Shown here: positions 29,006 through 33,117 of the stretch, piece by piece
Layout of the letters: every line of letters begins with the position of its first letter
Numbering within the stretch: position 1 is the first letter of the stretch
From: Sphaeroforma arctica JP610
Lineage: Eukaryota
Reading direction: 5' to 3'
Length of the DNA: 33,117 nucleotides
Assembly: GCF_001186125.1 (NCBI RefSeq)
Contig: NW_014040361.1
Location: forward strand, 10,232 to 43,348
The notes under the pieces: generated by a model
What the model saw: the letters and a program-made list of their open reading frames with translations, nothing else
Told to the model about the DNA's origin: nothing
Database searches by the model: none
Translations under genes and position numbers: made by a program

Positions 29006-30380
29006 GCTGGCAACTATGTGACTGTCAATGTGCATGAACGCGTGGGTGTTCAGTATCCACCACCTACAAACCTAAAAGCAGTTGATAGATTCGCTAGAAT
29101 GTGTATGTCTGTTTGTCTCTACTTATGTCTCTAATGACGAGCTGTCATACCGTGGATATAGTGCGGGGCTGGTCAAAGCAAACAAAAAGTATTCCACTGC
29201 GCCTGGCAGGTTGGTCAGTTGGTGTCGGACTGTCGGTTGTCGGCGTTTTGAAGCCGTTAGGACTTACGGTGAAGGATTAAATTTACCGTTAACCGCTGCA
29301 TATATTTAATTATTAAGATTTTTTACTATTTTATCGTTTAAATTTCCCCGTTTTCGCGTTTACAAGTCCAACCGCCACCGGATAAATATAAATATTATCA
29401 GAGTGTAAATATATTCTGATACCTATTAACAGTAGGAGACTATAGCCTGCTCTGTCTACTCTCTAGTGTCTCATCAGTCTCTGACTCTTATGTGTCGTTG
29501 ACTCGTCGTGTGTCAGTAATATTTTTAACCCGAAGCTGGAATTATAATATCGACCAATAAAAATCAGCTTTACTTTAAATTCTGAACCGTACCTACTTAT
29601 AAAATTGAACACGTCTCCTTCACTGTTTTTAATTCCCCGGCATCCGAAATTTCAAACCGTAGCCATATGTAGAGTATCAAACATATCAGTACAATAAACC
29701 GGCTACACGCAAGCAGTCTATCCAATAATATCATTCTATATATTTCCCCGGACACCAAAAATCCAAAATGTTTTCTGAAATTTGAATAAATTTTTATTAA
29801 AATAAATAACCAAAATATTGATGACTGACTGAATTATAAAATGTAAATATATATAAAATATTGTATGTATTTAAATATATACTAAAAATAGTAATTAAAA
29901 ATCAAATTCAAAATTCAATTTTTTTTACAAATCACAGACAAGACTAGTGACTACTAGTGATTTTTTAAAGGAGTTTGTCCGTTTGTGGCGGTTGTGCCAA
30001 CTTGTTCGAAGAATGTTTATTAAATTTAACAGTCAGTTCCAAATAAACAATAAAGCAGTGAATGGTTTTTTAATTATTCTATCGTTTACGTAATCTATGG
30101 CATTTACTAACCAATAGTAATTCATTAAAGTACAAGAATACATCACCTAATGTTAAAACTTAGATGTAAAATACAACGTCCCTCTGACTGTCACAGACTG
30201 AACGCTGACGCAGGTCGCAAAATTCTATCTATTTTTTAAATCTCATCCTTTTTTTTTGAAATTAAAATATGTGTAGTCATATTTTTAAAGACTCCAGCAA
30301 AGCAGTATTAAATGCAGAAAAAATATCAGGATCGGGAATCTGTGCTAGTAGTACGGCCTGGGGCTGGGCCCGCTGGGGGC

Positions 30381-30679
30381 TAACCTCTTAACGTTTGGCG
30401 TCATATATGTAAAAGCTGATTTTTCAACGTTCAAAGAAATTTTTTTAGCGTTGCAACGAATTTTGGTATATTTTGACCTGTATATAGTGGCCTGAATAGC
30501 ACACCTTTTCATATTAGAATGTGTCGTCAGAACAAAATTCTGGTGTGTATATGCCTATTGCCTTACCTCGAATATGCTTACTACTATAAACGGGACCTGC
30601 AATGGAAGTATACGTTTGATTTCCAACGTTTACGGATCATTTATTTGCGTTGCAACTTATATTTAACGATATGAGGTTA
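30381..30679. mobile_element. Possible small non-autonomous DNA element (~300 bp) with 15-bp imperfect terminal inverted repeats
   Basis: TAACCTCTTAACGTT at 30381 pairs with AACGATATGAGGTTA ending at 30679 (13/15). An internal direct repeat TGATTT..CAACGTT...GCGTTGCAAC occurs at ~30418 and ~30617. Confidence 0.4.
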
Positions 30680-31395
30680 GGCCTGGGGGAGGCCAAAGGT
30701 CATACAAATACTTTGTGCCGGTTTATGAGTTTATGACTTATGAAATTGTGTGTCCTTTGGCAGATACTCTGAGAGACTGTGAGACGAGAGTAAGAGACTG
30801 AGACAGTACATAAATAAGAGACAGAGCCTGACACTAACTTAGTTAACGACATGACACTTGCATTTCTGCCATGTTTCCGCCGTCAGACACAGACTCAGAG
30901 TGGCAGAATGACATTTTATCGGTTTTATTTTTCCATCCATCTACTGTGGGGACAGGATTTTTAGGGTTTTGGATATAGTCGATAGCTTTTGTGCTTTGAT
31001 GTATGAACAAATCTTGAATATCCAGGCCACAAATTAGCATTTTGAACCTTCCAAATCTATTTATATCTGAATACTTCGGTAGCGAGATGGCTCAACCTAA
31101 TATAGGTTTCTAGGGACTATTAGCGTTACCTAGATTAGCCTCCGTTCAGCCAACCAGATGTGCCAGTCTGATGAAGGCTAAGTCGGTAATTCTTGAAAAG
31201 TGGCAAGTTATTGGTTAATGCAATAACTATGGAAATCAAGAGTATTTTTTTCTTCTTTTTTTTCTAAAGATAGTATTTTATGAGTCTCTCGGATTCGCCC
31301 CAACGGAACGTAACATAGTTTCTAATAGAGCGTCAACGAAACACTAAATAAAATCTCTTCGGCGAAAACAATACTGAGAGGAATATATATAGGCA

Positions 31396-33117
31396 ATGTC
31401 TCAGCCTCACAATCCTTCGGAGTACTGCTGTTTTCACGAGGCATACCTAACTTTACCAAAAGACTCGCTTCGGTAATTTATTTCGAATTTCACGATACTT
31501 AGACTTACCCTAAGCGTTTAATTACTCTAAGGCGTTAATATCGCCTTGATAGACCGAATTATACACATTTTAAAGTTAGCAAAGGCATTAACTACTTAGA
31601 CTACTTGAAAGTAAAGGTAGATAACTACCACGAAATTTTTCCTAAGCACAGTCATTCCTTAAGAGAAAAAGACTGCAGTCATACGATAAGATTATGACAA
31701 AGAAAGACAATACACCTGCAAAAAAAACGCAAGGCTGAACGTAAGAAGATGGAGAGAGAAGCCGCTAGCGTCACCGGAGCAGCAACCGCCGCCGCTGCCG
31801 ATGCGTTTAACCGCACCGTAGCCGAGGCACTTGTCTCCGACAATAATAGTCAACAGGACAATGCTTCGGATAAGGATGTAGCCACTCCGATTAAGGAGTA
31901 GCCCGAGGGCCAACTATTGCTTCAACTTCAAAGTTTGCATTTACGAAGCCAAGAAGTGAAACAAGAGACACGTCTCAAGACGCCCCAATCAATTCTTCTG
32001 ACGAAACTTAAAAAGAAAAGTCCCCAATTATAGGAGGCAAAGGCGAATCTCAGAAGGTACCTAAACCGGAACCAGAAGAGGAGGAAAACTCAACCGAGAC
32101 CACTGAGCCAACGCGCATAAGTAAGTTAATTACTGAAAACACTGATCTTAAGAATCAGTTAGCCGCCCTTATGATGAACATGTAGATCGAATGTATAGAT
32201 CAGAAAAGAATACACAGCACTTACGCGAGCATGTTTCTCTGGGCATTACTGAAGCCCTGCAGAAGTGGACAGAACGTCGAAAGGTAATTACGCCCGAAAA
32301 GCAGATGAGCCAGATGTGCTCATCGTATCTATACCTTACGAGGTACTACCACCAGAACTCCAGGCTAAATTCTCGCCTGTTCTAACATCCGGCTATGAGT
32401 CGCCCGTCCTTGAGGGTATTATAGACCCAGAGACAGGTAAAGCATACTCCGCCACCTTTACCCAATTGGGAAGACAATCGTTGGAAACCAGTTAATACTG
32501 GGCATGTTATCCAGACGCATGAATCACCCAAAATTATATTACAAACTACTATCCAAAGAATAGAGCATCGAAAGGCCTCGACTAAGGACTTTACAAGGTA
32601 ATAAACACTTCCGTAAACGTGTTAACGATGTCGAATTTAATTGCTTTGATTGCACAGCATTAAACCAGCCCGCAGAGGATTTCCACTCCGAACTTAATGA
32701 ATCGGTCGACGATTACACCAATAAGATGGAAATCGCCCATGACGAGCACCGTGCTGATGACGTATGTCATATTTTGCTAATATGATCGCGATCAAGCAGA
32801 AGCGCATCGATCAGCTACTCCAGGCCCAACGTGGGCAAGACCACAGGGATAACCAGAAGTACAAGAGACAAATCAGTCGACTTAAGTCGAACTGGGATGC
32901 CAACAGCAAGCAGGTCGAGTTTATAAGCAACCATGACCTCGACACGCTAACCCATAAGCTTAATGCGTTTACGGTCATGCTGGAGACGAATGATATCGCT
33001 CCTCAGCAATGGAGTACCGCTTTAATGCATTCGTTTGACCCTACAGTAACAAGCTACTGACTTCCGTGCAGCGACACCAGCAAGTGAGCTAGACTACTTG
33101 TCGTGACTGTCCAGTCG
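31396..33117 (+). pseudogene. Degenerate intronless ORF, probably retrotransposon gag-like; runs off the window
   Basis: Coding-like stretches (KAERKKMEREAASVTGAATAAAADAF.., QKVPKPEPEEEENST.., 32265-32495, 32764-33060) are broken by stops and frameshifts and show no introns. LNAFTVMLETNDIAPQQWSTALMHSF loosely resembles the gag capsid pattern F...l....i...qW...L. Confidence 0.5.

Noticed and set aside
30850..31230. Candidate 5' LTR upstream of the gag-like ORF
   Set aside because: No second copy in the window and no clean TG...CA plus primer-binding-site junction, so it cannot be supported.

Overview
Eukaryotic draft-genome window with GT-AG introns, many micro- and minisatellites and three N-gaps. 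It is probably from an intron-rich microbial eukaryote; a unicellular opisthokont is only a guess. Splicing by hand gives four phase-consistent genes. These are the 3' part of an alphaproteobacterial-type (likely mitochondrial) histidyl-tRNA synthetase (+), a NUDT19-like Nudix hydrolase (+), a SOUL heme-binding protein (+), and a ~905-aa protein (-) combining an N-terminal MYND finger, a Con7-like C2H2 finger and a Pro/Gly/Tyr-rich tail. There is also an intronless, signal-peptide-bearing DUF4174 gene of bacterial style, a possible secreted orphan ORF, two or three non-autonomous inverted-repeat elements, and a decayed gag-like ORF at the right end. Three patterns recur: exon 3' ends and stop codons duplicated into the adjacent intron or UTR (five cases in three genes), telomere-like CCCTAAA arrays just upstream of splice acceptors, and intergenic clusters of short palindromes and micro-duplications. 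All family assignments come from motif recognition by eye; no searches were run.
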